This document shows, in pieces, positions 18,554 through 28,912 of a DNA stretch of 64,000 nt (positions are counted from its first letter, which is position 1; each line of letters opens with the position of its first letter). A program made the position numbers and the translations under genes. The notes beneath the pieces are model-generated. The model was not told where the DNA came from. It did no database searches and worked only from the letters and a program-made list of their open reading frames with translations. This DNA is from Oligoflexales bacterium (lineage in GTDB: Bacteria; Bdellovibrionota_B; Oligoflexia; Oligoflexales; JAPPIL01): the NCBI GenBank assembly GCA_965215515.1, contig OZ244057.1, positions 1,280,001-1,344,000 on the forward strand, read 5' to 3'.

Positions 18554-20676
18554 GGCGGAGGTGTAGCGTGCTGCTGTGCCGTAGCGACGATATGAGGTGC
18601 GATTTCGGCGTGGGCGGCGAACAACGGCTGCCCTTCATGCGTGCCATCCCACAGCGATCGTCCCGCTTGCCCAGGACGCACAAAACAACGCCCGTGACGG
18701 TATCGGCGTTCAGCATGGCTACCCTGCTGAACGATTGTTTTGATGCTGCGTCGGTGACGTAGCAGGTTCTTTAGCTTTTGTACGTCGCGCACAACGACGA
18801 GAGGCAACACGAAATCTGCCCGCGGCAAGGCAAGTTCAAAATCGAGGTTGTCGATAGGCAGAATAGGGAACGCAGGACAGGCGGTGGAGCAAAACACCGC
18901 ACCGAGATTTCTCACATAACGTATCCGCTCCGCCTCGGCCTGCGCACGACAGGTAGAGTTGAGACGTGCACCGTAGAAGACGTGAAAATTTTCTTCCAAA
19001 ATTTTGATAAGTGAGGAAGTAATTTTTTGTTCAGGCTGCGGCACAATAAACAATACCTTGGAAGACAGACAACCGCGGCGAGAGAGGTGAAAAACATCGC
19101 GGCTGTGTGCTTGCGGAAACTTCAGCAGGTGGTCGAGACTGGCAACGGTAACGGTGTCGTGCGTGCCGAAACCAGCTAACGGCAAGGATGTACTCGCACG
19201 CAGATTCGCTAAGCTCTCATCACTGCCATAGCAGAGCAGCGCCTCGGTATCAGAGGGGATACACAAATCGGTGTGGGCGACGGTGGTGATCTCGATGCCC
19301 GCCTCCAAGCGTATATTGAGAAAATCGATAAAGCGGCGCAAACAGTCGAGGTTAGGGGGAAGCTTGACCAACACCCGCAAACGCAGCAACGTCGCGAAGA
19401 TCAGCGGGTAGACACCTACCAACGAGTGGGTAGCAGGTAACACGAACAGCCAACTGCGCAACTGTCGCTGTGGCAAACTACGTGCCAGAGCACTCTCCAA
19501 ATCGGCGGGGAATGCTCGCAGGACATCGCGCAAAGCGTCTCTGGCAACGTGTGGCGAGCCGAGCTCCGCTCCCAACCTAGCGACATAGCTCCTGCTGCTG
19601 AGAAAGTTTTTGCAGGCTTGTACCGATTGTTGCCTGCTGCTCGAAGATAACATTTTTCTGTAACTCCTCGTCAGTGGTGATTTAGAAGTTGGCGAAGTAT
19701 CGAGCCGCACGTCGAGCGCACAGCCTCGCACGGGTGTATGTGGCACACGTCCTCGTAGACGCAGCAGTCCCTGCCCTGCGGTGCTTACCAAGTCCTCCGT
19801 GCAGAGTAACCACGGGTAGTCGACACGTAGCGGATCGTACACACACAGGCGACCCGTGCCGCGTCGCCTCACATCCGAACCATCACGGCTGACCAGTACC
19901 TGTACCCATACGGGGAAGGAGAAACGGTTGCGCAGACCGCAACGCCAGGCCTGTGCTGCCAACTCGCACATTCCGTATTCACTGCACAATCTATCTTCTG
20001 TGATGCCGAAGAGACGCAACAGCCGACGATGAAAAAGCTTTTCGTCGCGGATGCCAAAGCGTAGATTTTTCCATCCACCTGTCTCAATGACGATCGCGCG
20101 TGGCGGCAACGCAAGCAGCGCTCCCTCACATAGCAACTGCAACAGCTGTCTGCTCGTCGCCCATAAGAAAAACGGTCGTTCAGGGTCGAGATTAGCCACA
20201 AATTGGGGCAGTCCCGCTACCGACACGCGGGGCAGAGGCCAGAACTCTCCCAACCAGCGCAACATCGTCGCCAAACTAGAATCTGCGCAGCTGTGGTCGA
20301 GCAACGAAGCTCCCTGCGCACAGTCGCTATCCCTACCCCAATAACCATCGAGTACCGTCGCGAAGGTGGAGATAACCGCCATCTTGTAGAACAGCACTCC
20401 TTCGGGGGAAAAAAGCGATACCGCCCGCTGGGTAGCCGTAGTACCGCTGGACAGGTAGCGTGCGGCAATCTGGCTACCGCAAAAAAAACGGGCTGCATCG
20501 TGGCGGAAGAAAGCGATAGGCAGAGAGCGGTCAGTGACACAGGTGGAGAGCTTTCTCCACGGCCGTGCGTCGCGGAAAGCATCGTCGGTTTGCAACAACG
20601 CCCTCGCCAGTTCGGGATGACGCAGCTGGCGTTGCCCCTGCAGGCACGTCTTGAGTTTTGCCCTCACATCAGCCAT
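18550..20676 (-). CDS. LuxE-like acyl-protein synthetase fused to a LuxC-like acyl-CoA reductase
   Basis: N half: SSGTT, IETGGWK, SEYGMCELAAQ, TEDL, GR...RGC. C half: CYGSDE, GFG, RGCLSSK. Confidence 0.75.
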   Translation of the reverse strand: MADVRAKLKTCLQGQRQLRHPELARALLQTDDAFRDARPWRKLSTCVTDRSLPIAFFRHDAARFFCGSQIAARYLSSGTTATQRAVSLFSPEGVLFYKMAVISTFATVLDGYWGRDSDCAQGASLLDHSCADSSLATMLRWLGEFWPLPRVSVAGLPQFVANLDPERPFFLWATSRQLLQLLCEGALLALPPRAIVIETGGWKNLRFGIRDEKLFHRRLLRLFGITEDRLCSEYGMCELAAQAWRCGLRNRFSFPVWVQVLVSRDGSDVRRRGTGRLCVYDPLRVDYPWLLCTEDLVSTAGQGLLRLRGRVPHTPVRGCALDVRLDTSPTSKSPLTRSYRKMLSSSSRQQSVQACKNFLSSRSYVARLGAELGSPHVARDALRDVLRAFPADLESALARSLPQRQLRSWLFVLPATHSLVGVYPLIFATLLRLRVLVKLPPNLDCLRRFIDFLNIRLEAGIEITTVAHTDLCIPSDTEALLCYGSDESLANLRASTSLPLAGFGTHDTVTVASLDHLLKFPQAHSRDVFHLSRRGCLSSKVLFIVPQPEQKITSSLIKILEENFHVFYGARLNSTCRAQAEAERIRYVRNLGAVFCSTACPAFPILPIDNLDFELALPRADFVLPLVVVRDVQKLKNLLRHRRSIKTIVQQGSHAERRYRHGRCFVRPGQAGRSLWDGTHEGQPLFAAHAEIAPHIVATAQQHATPPP

Positions 20677-20761
20677 CCTATACTCACAGACCGTTAGCGG
20701 GTTTTGAGCATCGTCGTGACGTTACTTCTTCTCGATGCCAAAAGTAAAGAATAGAGGTGAT

Positions 20762-21529
20762 ATGAGCGGCACGTTTGCGGTAAAATTGGAGCAGTTCGAG
20801 GGGCCGCTAGACCTGCTGCTACACCTGACAAAAGTCAATGAAATAGACATCTTCAAGGTCGATCTGCTGTATTTGGCACAACAGTATTTTGCCTTTTTGC
20901 GGCTGGTCGATTTTCGTGATCTGGCCGCGGCGGGCGACTTCCTGCACATCGCCGCGACATTGCTGGAAATCAAAAGCCGCAGGCTCATTCCCCGCGGACA
21001 GCCACATTCCGCTGAGCCCAGCTCGCTGACCGACACAGACGACTCGCAGCAAGAACTCAAGCAACGCCTGCTGGTCTATTACCACATTCAACAGGCAGCA
21101 CAGTATCTTGGCGACCGTTATTTGCGTGATTTCAACTACGGCAACGAGGAATGGGCACGTTTACAGCAACAGCCTAGCTTTCAAGCACGCACGACAGCGC
21201 GTGGTGACCGTTGGATGTTGCCTGTGCTCTACGAACAGCTGCTTACCGCGGTAGCAGCACGACACGACCGTGTACCGCAAGCGAAATTGCAAAAGATCAA
21301 GATCGAGACTATCATGCAGAGGCTGTTGAAGAAACTACAACAGGTCGGGTTTGTCTCTTTTCAGGAATTTTACCCCCAGATCGGGTCGCGCTTCGAGTTG
21401 GCGGTCTATTTCATCGCCGCACTGGAATTAGCCCGTTGTGGGGAGCTGCTGCTGCACCAGGAAGAAACTGACGGTCTGCTGTGGCTGTATCTGCCTTCCG
21501 TAAGAGGACAGGAGAGTTGGCTACTTTGA
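20762..21529 (+). CDS. scpA: Segregation/condensation protein A
   Basis: FEGPLDLLLHL, LLEIKSRRLIP, FIAALEL. Confidence 0.93.
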   Translation: MSGTFAVKLEQFEGPLDLLLHLTKVNEIDIFKVDLLYLAQQYFAFLRLVDFRDLAAAGDFLHIAATLLEIKSRRLIPRGQPHSAEPSSLTDTDDSQQELKQRLLVYYHIQQAAQYLGDRYLRDFNYGNEEWARLQQQPSFQARTTARGDRWMLPVLYEQLLTAVAARHDRVPQAKLQKIKIETIMQRLLKKLQQVGFVSFQEFYPQIGSRFELAVYFIAALELARCGELLLHQEETDGLLWLYLPSVRGQESWLL

Positions 21530-22203
21530 GTTTACCAGCACGGATCGAGGCGGTTATTTTTGCTGCTCCACAACCGCTAACGGCAAAAGCAATATCCGCG
21601 GTGCTCGACGATAGCGAGGTCAGCGTCGAGCAGATAAACAAGGTGTGTCAACAGCTCAGCGAACATTACCGTGCACGCGGGGGCGGTTTCGAGCTGGTCG
21701 AAGACGGTGGGTATCGTTTTCAGACGGTGGCAAGTGCGGCAACGATGTTGCGCAGACTGGGCAAATCCTACACCCGTCCGCTGTCACGTGCCGCGCTGGA
21801 AACACTGGCGGTGGTCGCCTACCGCCAGCCCCTGACCCGCGCCGAGATCGAGTACGTGCGCGGAGTGGAAAGCGGCAATCTCGTCCGCACCCTGCTGGAA
21901 CGCGAGTTGCTCGTCTGCGTCGGACGCAAGGACAGTGCAGGGAAACCGCTGTTGTTCGCAGTCGGGCCACAATTTCTGCGGGTGTTCGGTTTGCGCACGC
22001 GACAAGAACTGCCGCCGCTGGAATCTTTCCAGAGCAAAAATGAGACACGTCAGTTGGCAGAAGCAAAAATTCGTGCCCAGTCAACCCCGACCGTCGACAC
22101 ACTCGTCGGCGGTAAGGAAAGCAGTGAAGAAGACAACGCAGCAATGACGCAGCAGACAGAACGCGACGCCAGCACCACCGACGAGGCAGATGATGCGACT
22201 TAA
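21517..22203 (+). CDS. scpB: SMC-Scp complex subunit ScpB
   Basis: IEAVIFAA, LSRAALETLAVVAYRQPLTRAEIEYVRGV, FLRVFGL. Confidence 0.95.
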   Translation: MATLSLPARIEAVIFAAPQPLTAKAISAVLDDSEVSVEQINKVCQQLSEHYRARGGGFELVEDGGYRFQTVASAATMLRRLGKSYTRPLSRAALETLAVVAYRQPLTRAEIEYVRGVESGNLVRTLLERELLVCVGRKDSAGKPLLFAVGPQFLRVFGLRTRQELPPLESFQSKNETRQLAEAKIRAQSTPTVDTLVGGKESSEEDNAAMTQQTERDASTTDEADDAT

Positions 22204-22957
22204 CCTGTGTTTGACGCGTCTCGGCGTTTGCCTGTCGCGGCGACAGGCGGATGTCCTGATTAAACAGGGTGTGGTGGCAGTCAATGGACGGGCAGTATGC
22301 GAGCCAGGCCAGCAGGTTGTACCACATACCGATGTGCTGCGTGTACACGGTGCGCCGTTGCGCTGGGATATGCCGCCGCTGGTCTACTGGCTACTGCACA
22401 AACCGTGCGGCACACTGGTATCACGACGCGGAGAACACAACAAGGAGACTATCTTTGCTCTGCCCTGTCTACGGCGTATTCGTTTTCCACTCTTCTACGT
22501 CGGGCGACTCGATTACCGCTCGGAGGGTTTGCTGTTGCTGACCAACGACGGCGAGCTGGCACACCGTCTCTGCCATCCATCTTTCGAAGTACAAAAAACC
22601 TACCAAGTGCTATTAGCACAACGTCTATCCCCCGTGCAGGAACAGCTGGCACGGCGCGGGGAACTGTTGGAGGATGGCAAGGTTCATTATTTGCAGCTAC
22701 GTCGTCAACAGCGGGTGTTGCTGGGAAAATCGTACGGATTCTGGTATACGGTGAAGGTCAAGGAAGGGCGTAACCGTTTGGTCAGGCGCGTGTTCGCCGC
22801 GTTGGGAGTGAAGGTGATCCGTTTGCGGCGGGTCGCTTATGGCGGGTTGCATTTACCCGATGACTTGCCTCTCGCCCGATATCGTCAATTGACCGCCGCA
22901 CAGATCGTGCATCTGAAGGCAACTGCAGGACTTAAGAAGGAGGACGGTAGAGCTTGA
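22190..22957 (+). CDS. rluB: rRNA pseudouridine synthase (RluB/RsuA family)
   Basis: S4 domain SRRQAD; VGRLDYRSEGLLLLTNDG; EGRNRLVRR; position after scpB. Confidence 0.88.
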   Translation: MMRLNLCLTRLGVCLSRRQADVLIKQGVVAVNGRAVCEPGQQVVPHTDVLRVHGAPLRWDMPPLVYWLLHKPCGTLVSRRGEHNKETIFALPCLRRIRFPLFYVGRLDYRSEGLLLLTNDGELAHRLCHPSFEVQKTYQVLLAQRLSPVQEQLARRGELLEDGKVHYLQLRRQQRVLLGKSYGFWYTVKVKEGRNRLVRRVFAALGVKVIRLRRVAYGGLHLPDDLPLARYRQLTAAQIVHLKATAGLKKEDGRA

Positions 22958-23943
22958 AACTGGCAACGCTAGACAACGGCACACGTGATGGCGAACTGAT
23001 CGTCGTTTCGTCCGACAACCAACGATATGTAAAGGGAGATGAGATTGCCGCTACCCTACAGCAGGCACTCGATAATTGGGACGACACCGAACCACGCCTA
23101 CGTGCCTTAGCAACCCGTCTGCACGAGGGTGAGGTTACAGGGCATAAACTTGAGGCAAAGGTTAGGCAGCGCCTGCTGTCGCCCCTGCCGCGGGCTTACG
23201 AATGGATCGATGCATCGGCCTACATCAACCACATCGTGCTGGTACGCAAAGCACGGGGGGCCGAACCACCACCCACCCTGCGCACCGATCCGCTCATCTA
23301 TCAAGGAGGGTCTGGGTGTATGCTGTCGCCGACTGCGAACATCGAGATAATCGACCCCGACTTCGGCTATGATTTTGAAGCAGAAGTCTGTGTCGTACTC
23401 GGCGATACCCCGCAAGGTGTGTCTTGTGACGATGCTGAAGGCTATATTCGCCTCTTCATGCTGGCAAACGACATCTCGCTGCGTAACCTTATCCCTTCCG
23501 AGTTGCAAAAGGGATTTGGTTTTTTCGTCTCCAAACCTGCTAGTGCCTTTGCGCCGTTGGCGGTAACGGTGGACGAACTAGGCGAGTGCTGGCGGGACGG
23601 GCGGGTACACCTACCGCTCATCACAAAACTGAACGATGAAAAGTTTGGCGACCCTGACGCGGGGAAGGAGATGCACTTTTCCTTCCATGACCTGATTGCT
23701 CATATTACCCAAACCCGTGCTTTCAGCGCGGGGACAATCCTCGGCAGCGGCACAGTCTCTAACGCCGATCCTTCCCGCGGTTCTTCGTGTTTACAGGAAC
23801 AACGGGTGCTGGAAAAAATAACCCACGGCACAATTAAAACCCCGTTTTTACAGGATGGTGACCGTCTAAAAATCCACATGCTCAATACTCAAGGAAGCAG
23901 TATTTTTGGAGAAATTGCCCAAACCTGTCGGCGAGTGCGCTGA
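22954..23943 (+). CDS. Fumarylacetoacetate hydrolase family protein
   Basis: MKLATL..GTRDGEL, PLPRAYEW.DASAY, DFEAE, NDISLRN, GSGTVSN. Confidence 0.92.
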   Translation: MKLATLDNGTRDGELIVVSSDNQRYVKGDEIAATLQQALDNWDDTEPRLRALATRLHEGEVTGHKLEAKVRQRLLSPLPRAYEWIDASAYINHIVLVRKARGAEPPPTLRTDPLIYQGGSGCMLSPTANIEIIDPDFGYDFEAEVCVVLGDTPQGVSCDDAEGYIRLFMLANDISLRNLIPSELQKGFGFFVSKPASAFAPLAVTVDELGECWRDGRVHLPLITKLNDEKFGDPDAGKEMHFSFHDLIAHITQTRAFSAGTILGSGTVSNADPSRGSSCLQEQRVLEKITHGTIKTPFLQDGDRLKIHMLNTQGSSIFGEIAQTCRRVR

Positions 23944-24063
23944 CACGGGGGCATCCACAGACCACTTGCTGATACCGCCGCTGGGGACAGCACCAGCCTG
24001 CCATCTCTCAAGGCTGTGGTGAGTTATAGCATCAGGGTCACAGGAAGTTTCCGCATCTCTTCT

Positions 24064-25191
24064 TCATTCGCCCACCGTCGGTTGCTGTGGCTGATAATCA
24101 ACAACAACTCGGTGTGGTTGCCAGCTTGTCTGTACGTGCTCGAAAACTTTGGCGGAGATCAGCTCCAGCCCCGCACGGCTGGGATGAAAACAATCGGCAG
24201 CCAAGTGGCTCTTGTCAAAATCTGGTGCAAGCAAGGAGGTGGCGACCGTGACGCGGGGCTCGTTCATCGCGGTGGCCGCGGCATCGGCAGTATTGACTGT
24301 GTGCGCGAGCGTGACAATAGCGTTGTTGACAGCATCTAGCTCAGCTTGCAGTGTGTCGAACTCGCCCTCGTCGGTCACACCATCTAGGCGAGGGCAGAAA
24401 CTCGCAGCTTTTCGCCGCTCAGGTGGAAGAGGCAGAAATGCTACCCCTCTAATCTGTTCACATGTATAGGTTGTGCCATCCCTGGTGAAGGCGGTATCCG
24501 TAGGGAGTGCTACCTCTCGGAACAAACGCACGATAGGCATCACAGGGACAATCAGCAGTTGGACGTTCGCACCACGGGCAAGAATATTCTCGCTTACCTT
24601 GCTCATTGCGGCGACCGTCTTGTCTTTGTCAAAATCAAGCGCACAAAAATCGTTGTTGCCGATCTCCAACACGTAGTGCGTAGTACTGGTGTCAGCACGA
24701 GCAAGTTGTCCTGCAATGTCGCCTTCCCTATCGGTAGCCGCACGCGCCCCTGAAACAGCGAGGTTATCGACACGGAATTGGCCGTGTTCTATACGACAAG
24801 CGAGTGATACACAGTGCTTGCCAGATGAAAACGCACCCTTGAAATTCTGTTTGTAATAAGCATCCACCGCAGCCCTATCCCGCTGCTCACCCGCCAGAAA
24901 AGTGGAAAAAAACTTGTGTTCGAGGGGCATATCCATCCCCATGTGCGTGTCGCCGAGCAGACCGACGGACACACTATCACCGAGCACCGTCAGATGGAAA
25001 TCGACAAAACGCACCGCCACCTCATCTAACCGACCGTAATCATGTTCATGCTCATGTTCGTGTTCATGCTGGTGTTTGTGCTCATGTTCACCATCACCTG
25101 CCTCATGTTTGTGATGATGCTCACGTTCGTCGCACGCAGAGGCAAACAACAAAGGGCATGTTAGCGAGAGGAGCGCGATAACTTTCCTCAT
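24064..25191 (-). CDS. SGNH/GDSL hydrolase lipoprotein with His/Glu-rich N-terminal tract
   Basis: LGDSVS, AVSGA, IGNNDFC, DCFHPS; lipobox FASAC; HHHKHE...HEHKHQHEHEHEHEH. Confidence 0.87.
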   Translation of the reverse strand: MRKVIALLSLTCPLLFASACDEREHHHKHEAGDGEHEHKHQHEHEHEHEHDYGRLDEVAVRFVDFHLTVLGDSVSVGLLGDTHMGMDMPLEHKFFSTFLAGEQRDRAAVDAYYKQNFKGAFSSGKHCVSLACRIEHGQFRVDNLAVSGARAATDREGDIAGQLARADTSTTHYVLEIGNNDFCALDFDKDKTVAAMSKVSENILARGANVQLLIVPVMPIVRLFREVALPTDTAFTRDGTTYTCEQIRGVAFLPLPPERRKAASFCPRLDGVTDEGEFDTLQAELDAVNNAIVTLAHTVNTADAAATAMNEPRVTVATSLLAPDFDKSHLAADCFHPSRAGLELISAKVFEHVQTSWQPHRVVVDYQPQQPTVGE

Positions 25192-25285
25192 AACAGTCTC
25201 TCCATGATAGATTAAACCACTACAACGCAGACCATTGTAACCTGATGAAAATCTTTTGCCAAGTCATCACAGATCTTCTTATCTA

Positions 25286-25304
25286 TCGTTTGCAGTGCAA
25301 ACGA
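25286..25304. promoter_or_regulatory. Perfect 9-1-9 palindrome between divergent genes (operator candidate)
   Basis: TCGTTTGCA-G-TGCAAACGA. Confidence 0.5.
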
Positions 25305-25446
25305 CGGCAGAGAGGCACGCAGCTTGTCCTTTAGCTGGGTAAAGCCAGATAAGTCGCCTGTCACCAGGCACCCCTATCTGACCCTCTCGCATAAAAGAAC
25401 ACAGATTTTTGTGCTAAAATTAAATAAGCGACGCGGAGCTCACCCC

Positions 25447-26550
25447 TTGCATGACCATCGACGACTAGCTTTTCTGTTGATCTGTGCAGCACTCATGCTA
25501 ACTGCCGTGGGCATCATCGAAATTTACGCGGCATCGGCAACACGAGCGATGGAACAGTTCGACGATCCGTACCTGTTCGTCCGCAAACATGTCCTAGTAG
25601 CGATGCTCTGCGTGCCGCTGGTGTTCCTGCTGCTCGCCTTGCCTCTCAAGTACCTGGCCGCGATCACCCTGCCACTGTACCTACTGACAGTCGTGGCCCT
25701 GAGCCTGCTTTTTGTCCCCGCCCTAGCCATCAAGGCAGGACTGGCAACTCGCTGGGTCAGTATCCTGGGTTTTAACTTTCAACCCGCCGAACTGGCGCGG
25801 CTGGCAGTCATCTTCTACCTCGCCCGCAACCTCAGCCGTCCCACCTGCAATCTGCAACAGGCACGCTATCTTTGCCAAAGCCTACTGCCCCCCGCCCTCA
25901 TCTGCACACTGATCATGCTGCAGCCAGATTTTGGCACGGCCTTCTTGCTGGTAACAACCTGCTGCGCAATGCTGTTTGTCGCAGGACTCAGTCGTCGCTA
26001 CCTCGCCCTATTCGGCGGAGCATTGCTGGTATTCGCAACTACAGCAATTGTCCTCGCACCCTACCGCTTCAAACGTCTGGCGAGCTTTATCGACCCCTGG
26101 TCACAGGTTTCAGAAGGCGGTTTCCAGATAATCCAAAGCTACCTCGCCTTCCAAAACGGCGGCCTGCTCGGTGCAGGCCTAGGCGAATCCAAACAAAAAC
26201 TCTTCTACCTGCCTGAAGCACACACGGATTTCATCCTGTCAGTAATCGGTGAGGAACTCGGACTACTAGGAGTATTCTTCGTCGGAAGCCTGTTCTTCTA
26301 CATCTGCTACCTCGGTTTCAAAATAGCCGCACTGGTGAGAGACCAATTTCACAAGTTTTTAGCCTTCGGCCTATCCTTCCTGATTACCTCACAAGCCCTG
26401 CTGAATATGGGGGTGGTAACAGGACTGCTACCCACCAAAGGCTTGCCCCTACCGTACGTCAGCAGCGGCTCATCAGCACTGCTGATTTTTTTCATCGTAG
26501 TCGGTGTGCTCGCCCGACTCGCCAAAACAATCATACCCGACACCGCATAG
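25447..26550 (+). CDS. ftsW: Cell division SEDS protein FtsW (start uncertain)
   Basis: FQPAELAR, QPDFGTA, GFQIIQS, YLPEAHTDFI, GLLPTKGLPLP. Confidence 0.95.
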   Translation: MHDHRRLAFLLICAALMLTAVGIIEIYAASATRAMEQFDDPYLFVRKHVLVAMLCVPLVFLLLALPLKYLAAITLPLYLLTVVALSLLFVPALAIKAGLATRWVSILGFNFQPAELARLAVIFYLARNLSRPTCNLQQARYLCQSLLPPALICTLIMLQPDFGTAFLLVTTCCAMLFVAGLSRRYLALFGGALLVFATTAIVLAPYRFKRLASFIDPWSQVSEGGFQIIQSYLAFQNGGLLGAGLGESKQKLFYLPEAHTDFILSVIGEELGLLGVFFVGSLFFYICYLGFKIAALVRDQFHKFLAFGLSFLITSQALLNMGVVTGLLPTKGLPLPYVSSGSSALLIFFIVVGVLARLAKTIIPDTA

Positions 26551-26558
26551 GAGAAGAA

Positions 26559-27356
26559 TTGAAAGATATTCTCAAAAAACAAAAAATAAAAAAACGCTTC
26601 TTGACAAGAAAATTTTTGTTGTTTTTGACCTTACCCCTCATCTTCCTCGGTATCGGCTGGCTATGGTGGCGTGATGCAGAAACCACGACCACCCAAATCT
26701 TGTGGGCAACAGAAGTGAAAACAACCGATGCGTCCCCGCTGCCCCCACGCGTGAAGGAGTTCGTCATCACCACGGTAGGCCAATACCTGCACGACGGAGC
26801 ACGGGCACGCTTGCAGGAAACCGCAGCCGCACTCGGAGCGGACGCACAGCTGGCAGCCGTGCAGATTATCAAAACCGCACACGATCGCGTTGTGGTCTAT
26901 GTCGATGTCCGTCGCCCCATCTCGGTGGTGCGGGTCAACGGTAAGCTGCGCTACCTCAGTCGACAAGGCGATATCTACGGATCGGCACGTGCGATGGAGG
27001 TTTACCCAGCGCTAGAAGGTGTTCTCGACACAACACGAGAGTACGTTCGTGACGAAGACGGCTTGTACGTGCTGAGCGATACAGAACAAGCAAACGTGCG
27101 GCAGGCACTAGAACTACTGCAAATGACGATGCAGAACGGCTTCATCTGTGAGAAAATAATCTACGAGCAGTATCGTGGTTGGCAAGCCAAAATCGAAGAT
27201 GTCGCCGCACGGGTTTTTTTCGGCCACGCACCGTTCGCCGCGAAATTGCAAAAACTGCAGGACATTCTAGCCTCGCTACGCGCTAAAAACACCCAAGCGG
27301 CACGTATCGAGCTGGACTATGAGGATAAGGCATTCGTGCAGCAGAAAAAAATATAG
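26559..27356 (+). CDS. ftsQ: FtsQ/DivIB-like cell division protein (divergent)
   Basis: Basic N-terminus, single TM, position between ftsW and ftsA, C-terminal RIELDYEDKAFV. Confidence 0.7.
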   Translation: MKDILKKQKIKKRFLTRKFLLFLTLPLIFLGIGWLWWRDAETTTTQILWATEVKTTDASPLPPRVKEFVITTVGQYLHDGARARLQETAAALGADAQLAAVQIIKTAHDRVVVYVDVRRPISVVRVNGKLRYLSRQGDIYGSARAMEVYPALEGVLDTTREYVRDEDGLYVLSDTEQANVRQALELLQMTMQNGFICEKIIYEQYRGWQAKIEDVAARVFFGHAPFAAKLQKLQDILASLRAKNTQAARIELDYEDKAFVQQKKI

Positions 27357-27370
27357 CAAAGGCGGAGCTG

Positions 27371-28543
27371 ATGAGTGACATTTTTGCCCTGGATCTGGGG
27401 ACAACCAAATTCTGTCTGGCTGCATACCAAGGAGGACGCAAACTCGATCTCTGTGTACTGCCCGCAGGTGGAGTGCACCGCGGCATGCTATCTGACTTCA
27501 ATGCCGCCAAGTGGGTATTGTTAGAATTGATCGATGCGGCGGAAAGAAAATTCAACACCCGCATCCGCGCCGTGACCGTGGGCGTAACAGGCAACCATCT
27601 GCATCATTACCGCGCCTTTGCACAAACCAAAGTTACCACCCCGCGCCTGACTGCCACCACCCTGAAAACCCTGCAGGAAACAGCACGTGTCAGCGCACGC
27701 CGTGACAAACGGGAGATTCTGCACGTTATGCCGCTGCGCTACCGCATCGATCGACGGGAATGGTTGCGCAACCCCCTCGGTTTTAGCGGCGATAACCTCG
27801 AAGCGGAGTTTTTCACGATCGATTCAGATCGCCATTATCTCGCAGACCTGCTAAATCTCTGCAACGACACAGGCCTAGAGGTCAAAAAATTCTCCGCCGA
27901 GTCGATCGCCTCAGCCAGCGTGACGTTATCCGACAACGAGAAGGAAATGGGAGTCGCGCTCGTCGATATAGGAGGAGGCACAGCAGACGGTATCATCTTC
28001 ATCAACGGTGTCCCCCACCACTCGTTTTCAATCGCCGTGGCAGGCAGTCTTGCCACCCAAGACCTGTCGTATGGCTTGAATATCTCACAACAAGACGCAG
28101 AGCTGGTGAAACAACACTTCGGGCTGGTGACCAGCGATTTAAAAAAGACCCTCGATCTGTTCGATCTCAACCAGAAAAAACTGCAAGTCTCCTGGCGTAA
28201 CGTCTACCCCGTGCTCGCCCCACGCATCGACGAGTTTGCCCATCTGCTGCACAGCGAACTGCTACCTTTCCAGCGTTTGCTGCGCGGCGGGATAGCCCTG
28301 ACAGGTGGTGGCTCACAACTACTCGACCTCGCTCCCTACCTGAAAGCCAGTCTGCAAATCAACACCTGGAAAATCGTACCCCGTATCGACATCGATGTCG
28401 GTAACAGCTTCGACCTCAAATACGCCACGGCACTCGGTCTGCTCAACCTCTGCATGGACGCAGACCGCCCGCGCCCCCACGACCAGCCGCCAGGTTACCT
28501 GCGCTCGTTCTTCGGCTGGATAAGAGAACTGTCACAGCCGTAA
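27371..28543 (+). CDS. ftsA: Cell division protein FtsA
   Basis: ALDLGTTK, LVDIGGGT, LTGGGS, YATALGL, C-terminal amphipathic SFFGWIREL. Confidence 0.93.
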   Translation: MSDIFALDLGTTKFCLAAYQGGRKLDLCVLPAGGVHRGMLSDFNAAKWVLLELIDAAERKFNTRIRAVTVGVTGNHLHHYRAFAQTKVTTPRLTATTLKTLQETARVSARRDKREILHVMPLRYRIDRREWLRNPLGFSGDNLEAEFFTIDSDRHYLADLLNLCNDTGLEVKKFSAESIASASVTLSDNEKEMGVALVDIGGGTADGIIFINGVPHHSFSIAVAGSLATQDLSYGLNISQQDAELVKQHFGLVTSDLKKTLDLFDLNQKKLQVSWRNVYPVLAPRIDEFAHLLHSELLPFQRLLRGGIALTGGGSQLLDLAPYLKASLQINTWKIVPRIDIDVGNSFDLKYATALGLLNLCMDADRPRPHDQPPGYLRSFFGWIRELSQP

Positions 28544-28590
28544 CTAACTAGCCCACAGGGGCATCGACCTCCTCCCCACATAAAAAGCGC

Positions 28591-28620
28591 TTGCTTCTAG
28601 AACACATCTGCTGCTAGCAT
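28591..28620 (+). promoter_or_regulatory. Candidate sigma-70 promoter for the rpmA operon
   Basis: TTGCTT-N18-TAGCAT upstream of rpmA. Confidence 0.4.
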
Positions 28621-28657
28621 GGCACCCGCACACGTGGGAACTTAGCGAGAACGAAAA

Positions 28658-28912
28658 GTGGCGACCAAGAAGGCAGGTGGTGCGAGCAAGAACGGGCGAG
28701 ACTCCAACGCCCAGCGACGCGGAGTCAAGGTGTTCGGTGGTGCGCACATCAAGACGGGCGGTATTATCGTGCGGCAAGTGGGCTGCACCTTCCACGCAGG
28801 GACTGGTGTCGGACGAGGCAAGGACTTTACCCTCTTCGCCCTGACGGACGGTAAGGTCACGTTCGAGCGTTTTGGCAAATCTGGCAAGCGAGTCACCGTC
28901 GTCAGTGCATGA
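28658..28912 (+). CDS. rpmA: 50S ribosomal protein L27
   Basis: [23 protein letters not shown]. Confidence 0.98.
   Translation: MATKKAGGASKNGRDSNAQRRGVKVFGGAHIKTGGIIVRQVGCTFHAGTGVGRGKDFTLFALTDGKVTFERFGKSGKRVTVVSA

Noticed and set aside
18550..20676. Bioluminescence operon
   Set aside because: No luxA/luxB/luxD in the window; LuxC/E homologues occur in non-luminous bacteria
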